A DNA stretch of 64,000 nt from Nitrospirales bacterium (GTDB lineage Bacteria; Nitrospirota; Nitrospiria; Nitrospirales; UBA8639), in the NCBI GenBank assembly GCA_965223295.1, contig CBDCWC010000003.1:416001-480000 (forward strand), given 5' to 3'. The notes under the pieces were generated by a model. It searched no databases, had not been told where the DNA came from, and saw only the letters and a list, made by a program, of their open reading frames with translations. Within the stretch, counting starts at the first letter, position 1, and every line of letters starts with the position of its first letter. The translations under genes and the position numbers were made by a program. Positions 12,176 through 21,796 of the stretch are shown one piece after another.

Positions 12176-12838
12176 ATGTTTGTTGGTCTCCTAGGCGGCA
12201 GTTTCAACCCCATTCACAACGGGCACTTGCACATTGCCAACTCGGTATACAGAACCATGTCACTCGACAAGGTGCTCTTCATTCCTACCGGCGACCCTCC
12301 CCATAAACCCGCCTCATCTTTAGCCCCCGCTCATCATCGAGTAGCCATGGTAAAATTGGCCACGGAAGCCATTGAACATTTTATAGTGGATGACCAGGAA
12401 GCCTTCTCACCGCATATATCCTATAGCATCGATACCGTGACCCGGCTTCAACACACCTTCCCAACCGGAACGAAGCTTGGATTTATCATTGGCCTGGATG
12501 CTTTTCTAGAGTTTGAAAGCTGGAAGCAGGCTACGGAGCTACTTGAAATATGTCAGATGATTGTGTGTTCCAGGCCACAAGCGGCTTTCGTACAACTACG
12601 CAATCTGTCAATTTTGCCGTCTATTCCACAACCTAGCCTCCAGGCCCTTGATGAGGGAACCCATGAGCGCCTGGATATCACGTTGCCCTCAAGAGGTTTG
12701 GTGACTCTATTATCCTTCCTACCCTGTGAGGTGTCAGCCACTGAGATTCGAAACCGAATTGCGCGCAAACAGCCAGTCGAACATTGGTTGCCGCCTTCCG
12801 TGGAGTCCTATATAATTCAGCACGAAGTTTATCCATGA
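12176..12838 (+). CDS. nadD: Nicotinate-nucleotide adenylyltransferase
   Basis: GGSFNPIHNGH, PPHK, VSATEIR; proB-nadD-rsfS synteny. Confidence 0.95.
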   Translation: MFVGLLGGSFNPIHNGHLHIANSVYRTMSLDKVLFIPTGDPPHKPASSLAPAHHRVAMVKLATEAIEHFIVDDQEAFSPHISYSIDTVTRLQHTFPTGTKLGFIIGLDAFLEFESWKQATELLEICQMIVCSRPQAAFVQLRNLSILPSIPQPSLQALDEGTHERLDITLPSRGLVTLLSFLPCEVSATEIRNRIARKQPVEHWLPPSVESYIIQHEVYP

Positions 12839-13248
12839 GCCGCACAACCCCACCCAAACCATCCCGTTCCCCGGAACAAGCCATCTTCATCGCACAAGCG
12901 GCTAACGAGAAAAAAGCCGGCGACGTATTGGTGCTAGAAGTTGGAGATCTCACTTCTATTGCTGATTTTTTCATCTTTGCCTCAGGTGAATCGGAACGGC
13001 AGGTACGGGGACTTACCGCATTTATTGAAAAGGAAATGGCTCTGCGATATCACACACATCCCGTCATTGAAGGGAAAGAGACCGCCAACTGGGTACTACT
13101 GGATTATGGGGATATCATCGTCCATATTTTTCGATCTGATATCAGACAGTATTATGCTTTGGAAAAGATGTGGGCCGATGCTCCCCACATTACCGTTCCA
13201 GAATCTGAACAGCCACTTGCGCCCTCACGACAACTCGTCAGCGGATAA
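12835..13248 (+). CDS. rsfS: Ribosome silencing factor RsfS (Iojap)
   Basis: WVLLDYGDIIVHIF..RQYYALEKMWAD; ATGA overlap with the nadD stop. Confidence 0.95.
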   Translation: MSRTTPPKPSRSPEQAIFIAQAANEKKAGDVLVLEVGDLTSIADFFIFASGESERQVRGLTAFIEKEMALRYHTHPVIEGKETANWVLLDYGDIIVHIFRSDIRQYYALEKMWADAPHITVPESEQPLAPSRQLVSG

Positions 13249-13274
13249 TACGAGACTTACACAGGAGAAGCCCC

Positions 13275-14237
13275 ATGACTTGCTTCCAAGAGTTAGCAGA
13301 TCGGGTCCTCGATGGATCATTACCCACACGTCACGAAGCCTTAGATATACTAGCTACACCTCAAAGCAAACTCTTAGACCTGGTCAATGCCGCCTATAAG
13401 ATTCGGTCACGATATTTTGGCAACACCGTTCGTCTGCAAATGCTCTTGAATGCCAAAAGTGGGGCATGCCAAGAAGATTGCCATTACTGCTCACAATCCA
13501 CAATCTCCGATGCTCCGATTGACCGCTATGCCTTGTTGACACCAGAAAAAATGATGGAAGGCGCTCGCCGCGCCGCAGAGGCCAAAGCCCAACGCTATTG
13601 CATCGTCATTAGCGGCCGTTCACCCTTGCAATCAGAAATCACCCAAATATCCAGCGCTGTCAAAAAAATCAAAAACGAAATCCCCATTCAAATCTGTTGT
13701 TCATTAGGACTACTCAATGGCGAACAAGCTAGTCAGCTAAAAGAGGCCGGTGTGGATCGCATCAATCACAACCTCAACACCAGTGAAACGTTTCATCCGT
13801 CCATTTGCACCACCCATACCTACCAAGATCGACTGGATACGTTAAAGCATGCACGAGCGGCAGGACTGGAACTCTGTAGTGGAGGAATAGTCGGGATGGG
13901 TGAAAAAGATGAAGACTTAGTGGATCTAGCACTCGCGTTGAAAGAAGTTCAACCTGATTCGATCCCACTCAATATGCTCTACCCTGTGGACGGCACACCT
14001 TTTGGGGAAAAAAATGATTTAACCCCAGCCCGGTGTCTCACCATCCTATGCCTCTTCCGCTTTATACACCCACAAACTGAAATTCGCGCCGCAGGTGGAC
14101 GTGAAAAAAACCTTCGTTCGCTCCAACCACTTGCCCTCTATGTGGCCGACTCGCTCTTCGTCGATGGCTATCTCACCACTGGGCCCCGGACTCGCACACC
14201 AAGAAGTTTGGAGCATGATCGATCGGACCTGGGTTAG
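13275..14237 (+). CDS. bioB: Biotin synthase (3' end disturbed by indels)
   Basis: CQEDCHYC radical-SAM motif, NHNLNT, CSGGIVGMGE, IRAAGGRE, YLTT; the tail after YLTT appears to be out of frame. Confidence 0.93.
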   Translation: MTCFQELADRVLDGSLPTRHEALDILATPQSKLLDLVNAAYKIRSRYFGNTVRLQMLLNAKSGACQEDCHYCSQSTISDAPIDRYALLTPEKMMEGARRAAEAKAQRYCIVISGRSPLQSEITQISSAVKKIKNEIPIQICCSLGLLNGEQASQLKEAGVDRINHNLNTSETFHPSICTTHTYQDRLDTLKHARAAGLELCSGGIVGMGEKDEDLVDLALALKEVQPDSIPLNMLYPVDGTPFGEKNDLTPARCLTILCLFRFIHPQTEIRAAGGREKNLRSLQPLALYVADSLFVDGYLTTGPRTRTPRSLEHDRSDLG

Positions 14238-14384
14238 TCCGAGCCCCAGGAATCGTCGTCGAAGTCTATCTCCTGGGAACCGCCAAACTGAAATCAACCA
14301 CCAAGACTCAGACATTCAAGAAATCCCCAACCCGAAACCTGCTCCGCCTAAACCTTTCCTGACATCAATTACTTTCCGAAGCGC

Positions 14385-15116
14385 CTAGCAACCTTCCTCC
14401 CTTTTGTAAGAGGAGGACTTCTTGAGTCGCCAGAGGCGGAAGATATTGTCTCGCCAAGCTCCACACCCATCTATACTGAAGCAAATACCTTGGGCCTTGA
14501 GAAACCCTACAAAGACGAGACTGGTGAACTGACTCCCTTGATCAGTATTCAAGATGTTCGGTGTCCCATATTGAGTGACGGCCTCTGCAACCACCTCATG
14601 ACAGAACTGGACGTCCATGGTAATTGACCTGCGCCAGGCAAGGACGCGGCGCGTAGACCAATCGACCACGGCCACCAAGGAGACAAAGCCTTGGGCCAGC
14701 GGGATATACGTGATATCCATGGCCCAGACCTGGTTCACGCGAGTAATTGCCAGAGATCCCGCAACCAATACGGATACACCTGATGGGTTGGATGGCGCCT
14801 GTGGTTCTGGGCTTGCGATACAGGGCTTCAAACCCCATTGGAGCTTGCCCACATGCTTAGGCCCAACTGTCAGACCTTCCTGTCGCAAGAGCGCTTGAAG
14901 CATCCGGGCTCTAGCAAATGGGAACTCAAGATGCAACTGATCAATCCGATTCATGAGGCACTGGTCCACTTCGGAGATCGGCTTGGGCCGATAATGGAGA
15001 CAACTGCGGCTGATCTCCAGGATCTTCGCCTGTTTGGTTAGTGAAATCTGCTGCGTGCGGGCAATCATCGTTTTGCGCTCAGCATGTCCGCTTTGGTGAG
15101 CGCGTTTTCTAAACAA
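14385..15116 (-). pseudogene. IS3-family OrfB integrase-core transposase, frameshifted and truncated
   Basis: The expected MGFEALYRKPRT segment lies in another frame (ORF 14596-14838); similarity stops just after WRDN. Confidence 0.8.
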
Positions 15117-15458
15117 TCATTTTCCTAGGTCAACTCGCCAATCTTCGCATGAAGGTTTTTCACATCAACGGGGGCCGGAGTTGACTCGCTTCCTTCAAAC
15201 ACCCCTGAGGCGCGTTCCAGGAGCAAGGTCTTCCATTGGGTAATTGGATTCGGATGGACATCGAAACGTTGAGCGAGTTCCGCCACTGTCTGCTCGCCCT
15301 TGATGGCGGCCAGGGCCACTTTGGCCTTAAAGACGGGGGAATGGTTCCGCCTAGGTCGTCTGCTCATAACTATGCTCCTTTCATCAGTAGCCGGATCATG
15401 CCACCTTGTGCGGAGCCTATCCTCTTAAGCCCTTGTGCAGTTTCTTGGGACCACCTCT
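14420..15458 (-). mobile_element. Degenerate, truncated IS3-family element
   Basis: orfA-like 15125-15367 and orfB-like 14385-15116 (VWAMDITYIP, NTDQGSQFTS, AWRDN). Putative upstream end AGAGGTGGTCCCAAGAAACTGCACA at about 15434-15458; no matching second end found, so the other boundary is approximate. Confidence 0.85.
15125..15367 (-). pseudogene. IS3-family OrfA (HTH) with premature stop
   Basis: MSRRPRRNHSPVFKAKVALAA...LHAKIGELT, then TAG, followed in frame by ENDCLENALTKADMLSAKR, a typical OrfA ending. Confidence 0.8.
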
Positions 15459-15837
15459 GCCGTATGGTCTGCAACATTCGGCGAGTCGTGCCTTCAGCAA
15501 ACACATCCTCGAGCCGGGCTCCGAGGAGCGTGTGGCCCCCAACGAAATGCCCGTGAACGGGCAGCGGAAAGGCGCAATCGACATAGACACCCTGCGTATT
15601 CCAGAGAAAGATTTTGTGGGGTGCGGAGGGCACGCGATGGTTTGTGGCTCCCAGTTGGTACGCAGGACCGTTCCCGATGAACGAGGTCTCGTGCGAAGAA
15701 CGCAACCTCTTTCGTTCCATCACAACCTCACAATCTTTCTGAATCTCTTCAGCAACATTCCGGGCGAGATGACGCAACGACACCACCGAATCAACACTTC
15801 TGTCAGGAATTGCAGCAGAAGAGTCGAATAATTTCAA
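15459..15837 (-). pseudogene. Hypothetical protein interrupted by the IS3 end
   Basis: ORF 15370-15837 reads plausibly up to ...MLQTIRQ and then runs into the IS terminus at 15458. Confidence 0.4.
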
Positions 15838-16226
15838 CTCAGATCAAACAAACTGTCGCGTGACAGAAGAAGAACCATCCCCAACAACGATGGGGAGGAG
15901 GACAGGAAAGGAAGAGGCTGGCCAGAGCCTTCAGAGCGGTACCCAGCACATGTCAAGGCAGAACCTTGAGCGGCGTTCAGGAGCTACGACACCTTCCTAC
16001 CCTTCGAAAGGCAGAATGTTCGAACCGTTCCAACGTCGCTTCTCGCAAGGCGTTGAGCCGAGCAACAGAGAGGCGACAAGAGAAGGGAGTCGAAAATAAG
16101 TTCTTTTTTATCAATGAGTTGGGATGTGGCACGCCTGGAAGGACTAAGTTCGAATCTTCTGTTTGATACTCTTTAAAAATGGAATAGGATCCTCCAAGGC
16201 TCTTCTAGCGATTTGGGAATATAATA

Positions 16227-16422
16227 TGGGTCTGTTGAAAAAAGCCGCCGCCTACTCCGCCGGAGTAACTCAGTAGGCTACGAAGGCCGGGAGCAGCGTT
16301 CCCTTCCCTTCGACAAGCTCAGGGCAGGACTGGACGACATTTTGGAACAGCCCCGATGTTGTTGATGCAAACCGCTTCCGGGCGAAATATGGCTTTTGAT
16401 ATCTTCCTTATTCAAACTCCCT
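16227..16422 (+). repeat. Dispersed MITE-like element, copy A (hairpin core replaced by two mini-palindromes)
   Basis: GGGTCTGTTGAAAAAAGCCGCC...TTGGAACAGCCCC...TTATTCAAACTCCC. Confidence 0.85.
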
Positions 16423-16502
16423 TGATAATCACTCGAACTCTAAGTGCGAAGGGCTTTCAAAGAAAATGACTGCGAGGGAAACAGATGAAGAATGAGAAAC
16501 TC

Positions 16503-16895
16503 TTACAAAACAGACTGAAGTCCTAAATGTCGAACCATGGGATCGAAATCTCGATCAGCATAGAGTAAGGGGATATGGTGTTCGATGCAATAGGTCCCAA
16601 TCATCACATCAATAGTCTTTCTGACAGTTACGCCCTGCTTTCGTAATGTCCTGTAATTTTTCGCACTTTTGATGGCCAACGGCCCTCCAAGCATCGACAT
16701 AACAGGGAAGCTCTCAAGCATGCTGTGTGCCTCACGAAACTCTTGGTCTTCCTGAAAACCTTGAAGGATTTCTGTCAAGATCAGATCTCCGAGCAAAATT
16801 TCTTGGGTTCCGAGCAAAGAATCTAAGCCGTCTGTTTCTTTTGAAAGCTTTCCATTAAAGAAATCCACCCAAACTGATGTGTCGACGATGATCAT
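16503..16895 (-). CDS. vapC: VapC PIN-domain toxin
   Basis: IVDTSVWVDF, TEILQG, RKTIDVMIG, DRDF acidic PIN residues. Confidence 0.93.
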   Translation of the reverse strand: MIIVDTSVWVDFFNGKLSKETDGLDSLLGTQEILLGDLILTEILQGFQEDQEFREAHSMLESFPVMSMLGGPLAIKSAKNYRTLRKQGVTVRKTIDVMIGTYCIEHHIPLLYADRDFDPMVRHLGLQSVL

Positions 16896-17092
16896 GCTTT
16901 TTTATCAAGTCTCATCGTTTCAAGATTTCCAGTCCATTTGAGTTTTCCACGTCGACGTTTCACTTTCTCTTGGCGTTTTAGCCGAAGGAGAAGCTTTAAG
17001 CCTTCTTCCACCATGCCTTTTTTGGTTTTAATGCCTGTAACCTTTTGAACATCCGCCAGCAATTGATCATCAATGACAATGTTCGTTCGCAT
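16892..17092 (-). CDS. vapB: VapB-type antitoxin
   Basis: MRTNIVIDDQLL..TGIKTKK; ATGA overlap with vapC. Confidence 0.9.
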   Translation of the reverse strand: MRTNIVIDDQLLADVQKVTGIKTKKGMVEEGLKLLLRLKRQEKVKRRRGKLKWTGNLETMRLDKKA

Positions 17093-17247
17093 CGATGCCT
17101 CCAATTATGTGTATAATTTCATTATAGTATACACATATCATGTCCCATCAACAAACTGGCAAAAAACCTTAGCCATCTATACCAAAATCTTCACCTTAAC
17201 GCCGACACTTGCTTCCCGGCTTTCGAGACGAACACCCTAGTCATTTG

Positions 17248-17390
17248 GCGAACCTTGTCTGACCGCAGCGAGTTGGGACGCACTCCTCCTTCTGTCCATC
17301 CCTCCTCAAGTTGTCAGACTGGACGGCAATGGCTTCAGGTCCTTTTGCCGAAACAAAAGGACTTCGTCTCATGGGGATGAAACTCCGCAA
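17248..17390. repeat. Structured non-coding element (single copy in window)
   Basis: Hairpin AGGTCCTTTTG-CCGAAA-CAAAAGGACTT (17337-17364) followed by a GGGG-ATGAAA-CTCC hairpin; boundaries approximate. Confidence 0.45.
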
Positions 17391-17577
17391 TACCAACAGC
17401 CACTGAAACACTGTAGCTGTATAAAGGAATAATCCTTCTTCCAGATCTCAAAAATACAAAAACTCAAGATAGATTCCCGATTAATCATGTCGGGAACGAC
17501 GGTGGGGAAGAATCTTTGCTTAACAAATAGGAGGAAATCTGTTGAATGGGATTCCCTCACTAGGGAGAACCGTATAG

Positions 17578-17840
17578 CTACCTCTCCTGATACACATCTC
17601 GTCTATGCTCCACTTTCACCACCACAATCATAAGCTCCTCGTCTTGAATTTCATACACGACTCGATACACACCCTGTCGCACACGATATCGTTCTTGCCC
17701 CGATAATTTCTCACTTCCCATTGGCCGAAGATCAGCAGCAAGTGCCTTGATACGGATAAGAATTCGAGAAATATCATCTCTAGGGATGGATCGAAAATCT
17801 TTGGCAACTGATTTTTAAATGTCCGCCTATAACTTGCCAT
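17578..17840 (-). pseudogene. RelE/ParE-family toxin, frameshifted
   Basis: Adding one A to the TTTAAAAA run near 17814 gives MASYRRTFKKSVAKDFRSIP...KLSGQERYRVRQGVYRVVYEIQDEELMIVVVKVEHRRDVYQER*. Confidence 0.85.
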
Positions 17841-18059
17841 GAGCCTTCAGTTTGTCTAAAAGCTCTTCATAGCTTAGGTAGGCTCAGCAGCACGCTGCTG
17901 AAACGCCGCCAAATCTTCCTGATCTTCAGCCAGCGCTATGCGCACAGCATCATTGACAATCTCAGATACGGATCGGTGGGTATGCACAGCCTTGAGTCAT
18001 AGAGCTGCATGAAGATTTTCATCAAAGTAAAGAGTTGACCGTTTTGAGGTTGTGCCTAT
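17827..18059 (-). pseudogene. CopG/RHH-type antitoxin, decayed
   Basis: Hand translation (ATA start) TTSKRSTLYFDENLHAAL*LKAVHTHRSVSEIVNDAVRIALAEDQEDLAAFQQRAAEPT / SYEELLDKLKAHGKL*; internal TGA near 17997 and a 1-nt deletion near 17874; overlaps the RelE start. Confidence 0.8.
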
Positions 18060-18164
18060 GGAATTGCTACTTCTTTTAAAATATCATCCTAACACTGTAG
18101 CGCTTTAACGTTAATTTAAAAAAAATGGCTAAGCCGGATGTTGCTAATAAACAGGATAAGGTCC

Positions 18165-18497
18165 CTACTCAATGAGGGCAATGATTTTGGCTCGTACTTC
18201 TGCAAGTTCATCTTGAGAAACCATCCCTTTTCGCTTGGCTTTTCGGCTTCGCCAGTCAACGCTTTTCACCTGATCAGCCAGAACGACGCTTGCTGGATTA
18301 CCGGAAATGAAGACTTCAAACGGGTACTCTTTAATTTGAGTGGTAATAGGACAACAAATCATCAGGCTTGTTTTTTGGTTGTACGCTTTTGGGCTTAGCA
18401 CTAAAGCTGGACGGTGTCCTGCTTGTTCATGACCAGCTTGAGGCGTGAAATTCAACCAGACAATGTCGCCTGCTTGTGGGATGTAATTGGCTGGCAT
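18165..18497 (-). CDS. mazF: MazF/PemK endoribonuclease toxin
   Basis: YIPQAGDIVWLNFTPQAGHEQAGHRPALVLSP, DQVKSVDWRSR; TAATG overlap with mazE. Confidence 0.95.
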   Translation of the reverse strand: MPANYIPQAGDIVWLNFTPQAGHEQAGHRPALVLSPKAYNQKTSLMICCPITTQIKEYPFEVFISGNPASVVLADQVKSVDWRSRKAKRKGMVSQDELAEVRAKIIALIE

Positions 18498-18739
18498 TAC
18501 CAAGTTTCTTTACCTTGAGGTTCTCCAAAATCTACAGGTCGATGTAGGTTCTTATCCGTTATACCTTTAAGAAGGTTTTTAAGATCGTATTTTTTGGTAT
18601 GAATCGGTTCTATGACGATACATCCTTTCTCTTCCCGAATCATCACTTCTTCTTCAAGATTCAGAGAGGCCGCCTCGAGTACGTGAGAAGGAATGCGAAT
18701 GGCCGCACTGTTACCCCATTTTTTTACTATTGCTTTCAT
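18497..18739 (-). CDS. mazE: MazE/AbrB antitoxin
   Basis: KKWGNSAAIRIP ... VDFGEPQGKETW. Confidence 0.95.
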   Translation of the reverse strand: MKAIVKKWGNSAAIRIPSHVLEAASLNLEEEVMIREEKGCIVIEPIHTKKYDLKNLLKGITDKNLHRPVDFGEPQGKETW

Positions 18740-18835
18740 CTCAGTCTCCCTAGGTGGTTCAGCCCTATATAGTCATATATCATGGATTCAACAATGTTTC
18801 AACATTGTATACACAACGTTCACCGAAAGGAAAGG

Positions 18836-21410
18836 TCATTCGTAGCGTAGATCTTCTGCGATGGCTTGGCGGCTGACCCATCGTGCGGGAGCCCAGGCTC
18901 CAATCAATGCAGCAGCAAAGGCTACGAGTAAAGCCATCCCGATCGCTTCCCAAGCCAGCGTGTACTGAATAGTCCAGCCGAAGGATTGTTTGTTGATGAC
19001 TTTGATCAGCACCACCGATAAAGCCATACCCACTTCCAATGCCAACCACTGCCCCCAAACCAGCTAAATAACAAGATTCCCACACAATCAAACCTTGGAT
19101 TTGGTGACGACTCGCTCCGACCGCCCTCAATGTTGCCAATTCCCTTCGACGCTCAAGAATCGCGGTAAACAAGGTATTCATGATACCCAGCACGGCGACA
19201 CTTAAGGCAATGAATTCCAACACATAGGTGACGCGAAAGGTACGATCAAAAATATCCAAAATCTCCTGTTTGAGTTCCGCGTTGCTGATTGTCACGATAG
19301 GCATCTGATTCTTTAACGTATCTTCGATCTCCTGTCGAATTGCTGATAAATCTTGCCCTTTCTTTACATACACCGCAAAGACCGTCGCCGCATGCTCTCC
19401 CCATTTCTGCGCAAATAGTCCTTCATCCATTACCACCTTCCCGCCATCAGTCGCATAATCATAAAATATGCCTTTAACGAGAAACATCTCTATTCCTTTT
19501 GGCGTTTTTAATGACAATGAGTCACCCGCACCCATACCTAATCGTTTAGCCAACACTTCAGAAACAATGACCCCATCGTCTGCCACAACCTTGCCTAAGA
19601 TATCTGAAGACCTACCCTCCACAAACAAGTATTGACTGCGTCTAGCGTGGAGACGCATATCTCGTGCGACTAGGGCCACAGGCTGGCTTGCAGTTTCGGC
19701 ATTCATTTCCACATACGGATCCACGGCCTCGACTCCAGGAATCTCTCTCACCTGTGTCACTAGGTGCTGCGAAAGCCCTGTATTCTTACCCGAAGCCTCC
19801 GGTTCTTCTAGCCAAGAGGTAGGCGCAATAATCACATCCGCCATCAGCGTTTGCTCAATCCACAATTCCACCGTCTGTCGAAAACTCTGAATCATGATGC
19901 CCACACCCACTAAGATGGCCAACCCGACGACGATGGCCGCCATGGTGACACTCGTACGGCGAGGATTGCGCCCCATTTGCTCCGCAGCCAAAGCAGGCAA
20001 CAGACTCGAATCTGGCCCAAGCCAATGTTGCCTCAATCGGCAAAACCATTGCGACAACATAGGTCCAGCCGCCGCACCTCCCAGCAACAAACAAAAGGCA
20101 GCCGCATATCCGCCGATCGGAATACCTTGCACCGCGGGCATCTGGCTACATACCCCAGCTCCAATCAACGCAGTCAAGACCACCCATTTGGAGCCTTGGA
20201 CGCCCTGAACCTCTTCAATTTGGGATTGCCCGCCCGCAAGCGCCTGAACGGGAGCCATGGCACTTGCTTCCCGAGCTGGCCGGAGGGCTCCTAACAACGA
20301 CACACCTATCCCCAAACACAGGGCTTCTATCAGTAACGGGATGGGAATGGGACTGGCTAGCAAAGTGGTGATACCATAGAGCTCCCCGACGTTTGCTCCG
20401 ATCATGATGGTCAACCACCGGGCCAGGGCAACTCCAAGCCAACAACCCAAAATGCCACCCGCAGCGCCCAACACCCCCGCTTCCATGAGAAATACTGTAC
20501 TAACGGATTGTCGCTCCATCCCAAGCGAGCGGAGGATCCCGATTTCTTGTCGATGTTGCACGACGGAAAACGCCGTCGTGTTATAGACAAGAAAAATCCC
20601 AACCAATAAGCTGATGCCACTCAGCATTGTCAGATTCATTTGAAAGGCTCGGAGCATGGACTCGACTTGACGATTCCGTCGCGAAGACTGCCTCACCTGA
20701 ATCTTCTCAGGCAGAAGCGCTTGAAGCTCTTGGATGAGCGTAGAGGTTGCAGCGCCAGGTTTCGTGACAATCGCGATATGATGGAGCCTCCCCAAACTGT
20801 TAAACAACCATTGAGCCGAGGCAATGTCCATCAACACCTGATGGTGCACCCCACTGTGGAGGCTCAACGATTCCACAATCTTTCCGACAACCAGATCATG
20901 GACCTCGTTCTGAACCTTGACTGAGAATATTTGTCCTTGACGCACATCGAGTGAGTGCGCGAACTCTTCTCCGACAATCACCGTTCTCGGAGCAAAGATT
21001 CCGTCCCAATCATCATCCTGCCACGCACCACTAGAAGGCTGTACTCCCAAATCATGACCTTGCTCTAAGAGATCCATTCCCCAAATGAGAAGAGATTGTC
21101 CTGAGATAGGACCCTCCTGAATCTCACCTGTCATTTTGAGAATCGGACTGGCTGATTGAATGCCTGGATGTCGTTGAATCTTCTGCAAAATTTTCTCATC
21201 GATGCCATCAGATCCCCCAGAAACAGTTATGGCCGCATCCCCGACCACCGATTCTACGGACTCCTCAAAGGATTGATAAACCTCAGCATTCACCGCCCGA
21301 ATAGCGAGCCACGCAGACACACCAATCGCCACTCCCAGTACAGTTAGTAGGGCTCGGATAGGCCGATGACGCAGATGCTCAATGATGAGAAGAAGGAAAA
21401 CTCTGTACAT
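18836..21410 (-). CDS. MacB/FtsX-type ABC transporter permease (two FtsX domains), apparent +1 frameshift near 19034
   Basis: RALLTVLGVAIGV, EIGILRSLG, RRELATLRAVGAS; the family-like C-terminus (VINKQSFGWTI...LRYE) is in ORF 18836-19045, a different frame; start uncertain (21410 or 21458). Confidence 0.85.
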
Positions 21411-21482
21411 GGATACGGTTGTCCCAGAAGTGGGGCCTATGTTAAAACGACTACTCAAAAATGCGTGGGATGCTTACGAAAA

Positions 21483-21770
21483 ATGCCCAAAGATACTATT
21501 GAAGAACAGGATTCACTCGAACCCGTCTCAGAAGCCGGCTCTCACGGCCAAACGTTAACGGCTCGACAGAAAGAAATCCTCAGTTTGGTCGCGCAAGGTT
21601 GTACGAACCGGGAAATAGGACAACGATTAGATATTAGTGTACGAACCGTGGAAGTCCATCGATTTAACCTCATGCGTCGTTTACGAGTCAGGAACGTCGC
21701 TCAGCTCCTGAGACAAGCCATTGCGCTCAAGATTCTTCCGAAGGGTCCTTCACTCACCAACGTGTCATAG
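21483..21770 (+). CDS. Stand-alone LuxR/GerE-type HTH regulator
   Basis: LTARQKEILSLVAQGCTNREIGQRLDISVRTVEVHRFNLMRRL; start taken at MPKDT. Confidence 0.88.
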   Translation: MPKDTIEEQDSLEPVSEAGSHGQTLTARQKEILSLVAQGCTNREIGQRLDISVRTVEVHRFNLMRRLRVRNVAQLLRQAIALKILPKGPSLTNVS

Positions 21771-21796
21771 TTTCCTTCGTTTCTTCCATCATCTCC

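Noticed and set aside
16127-16145. TGGCAC as a sigma54 promoter
   Set aside because: No TTGC at the -12 position and no gene downstream on that strand.
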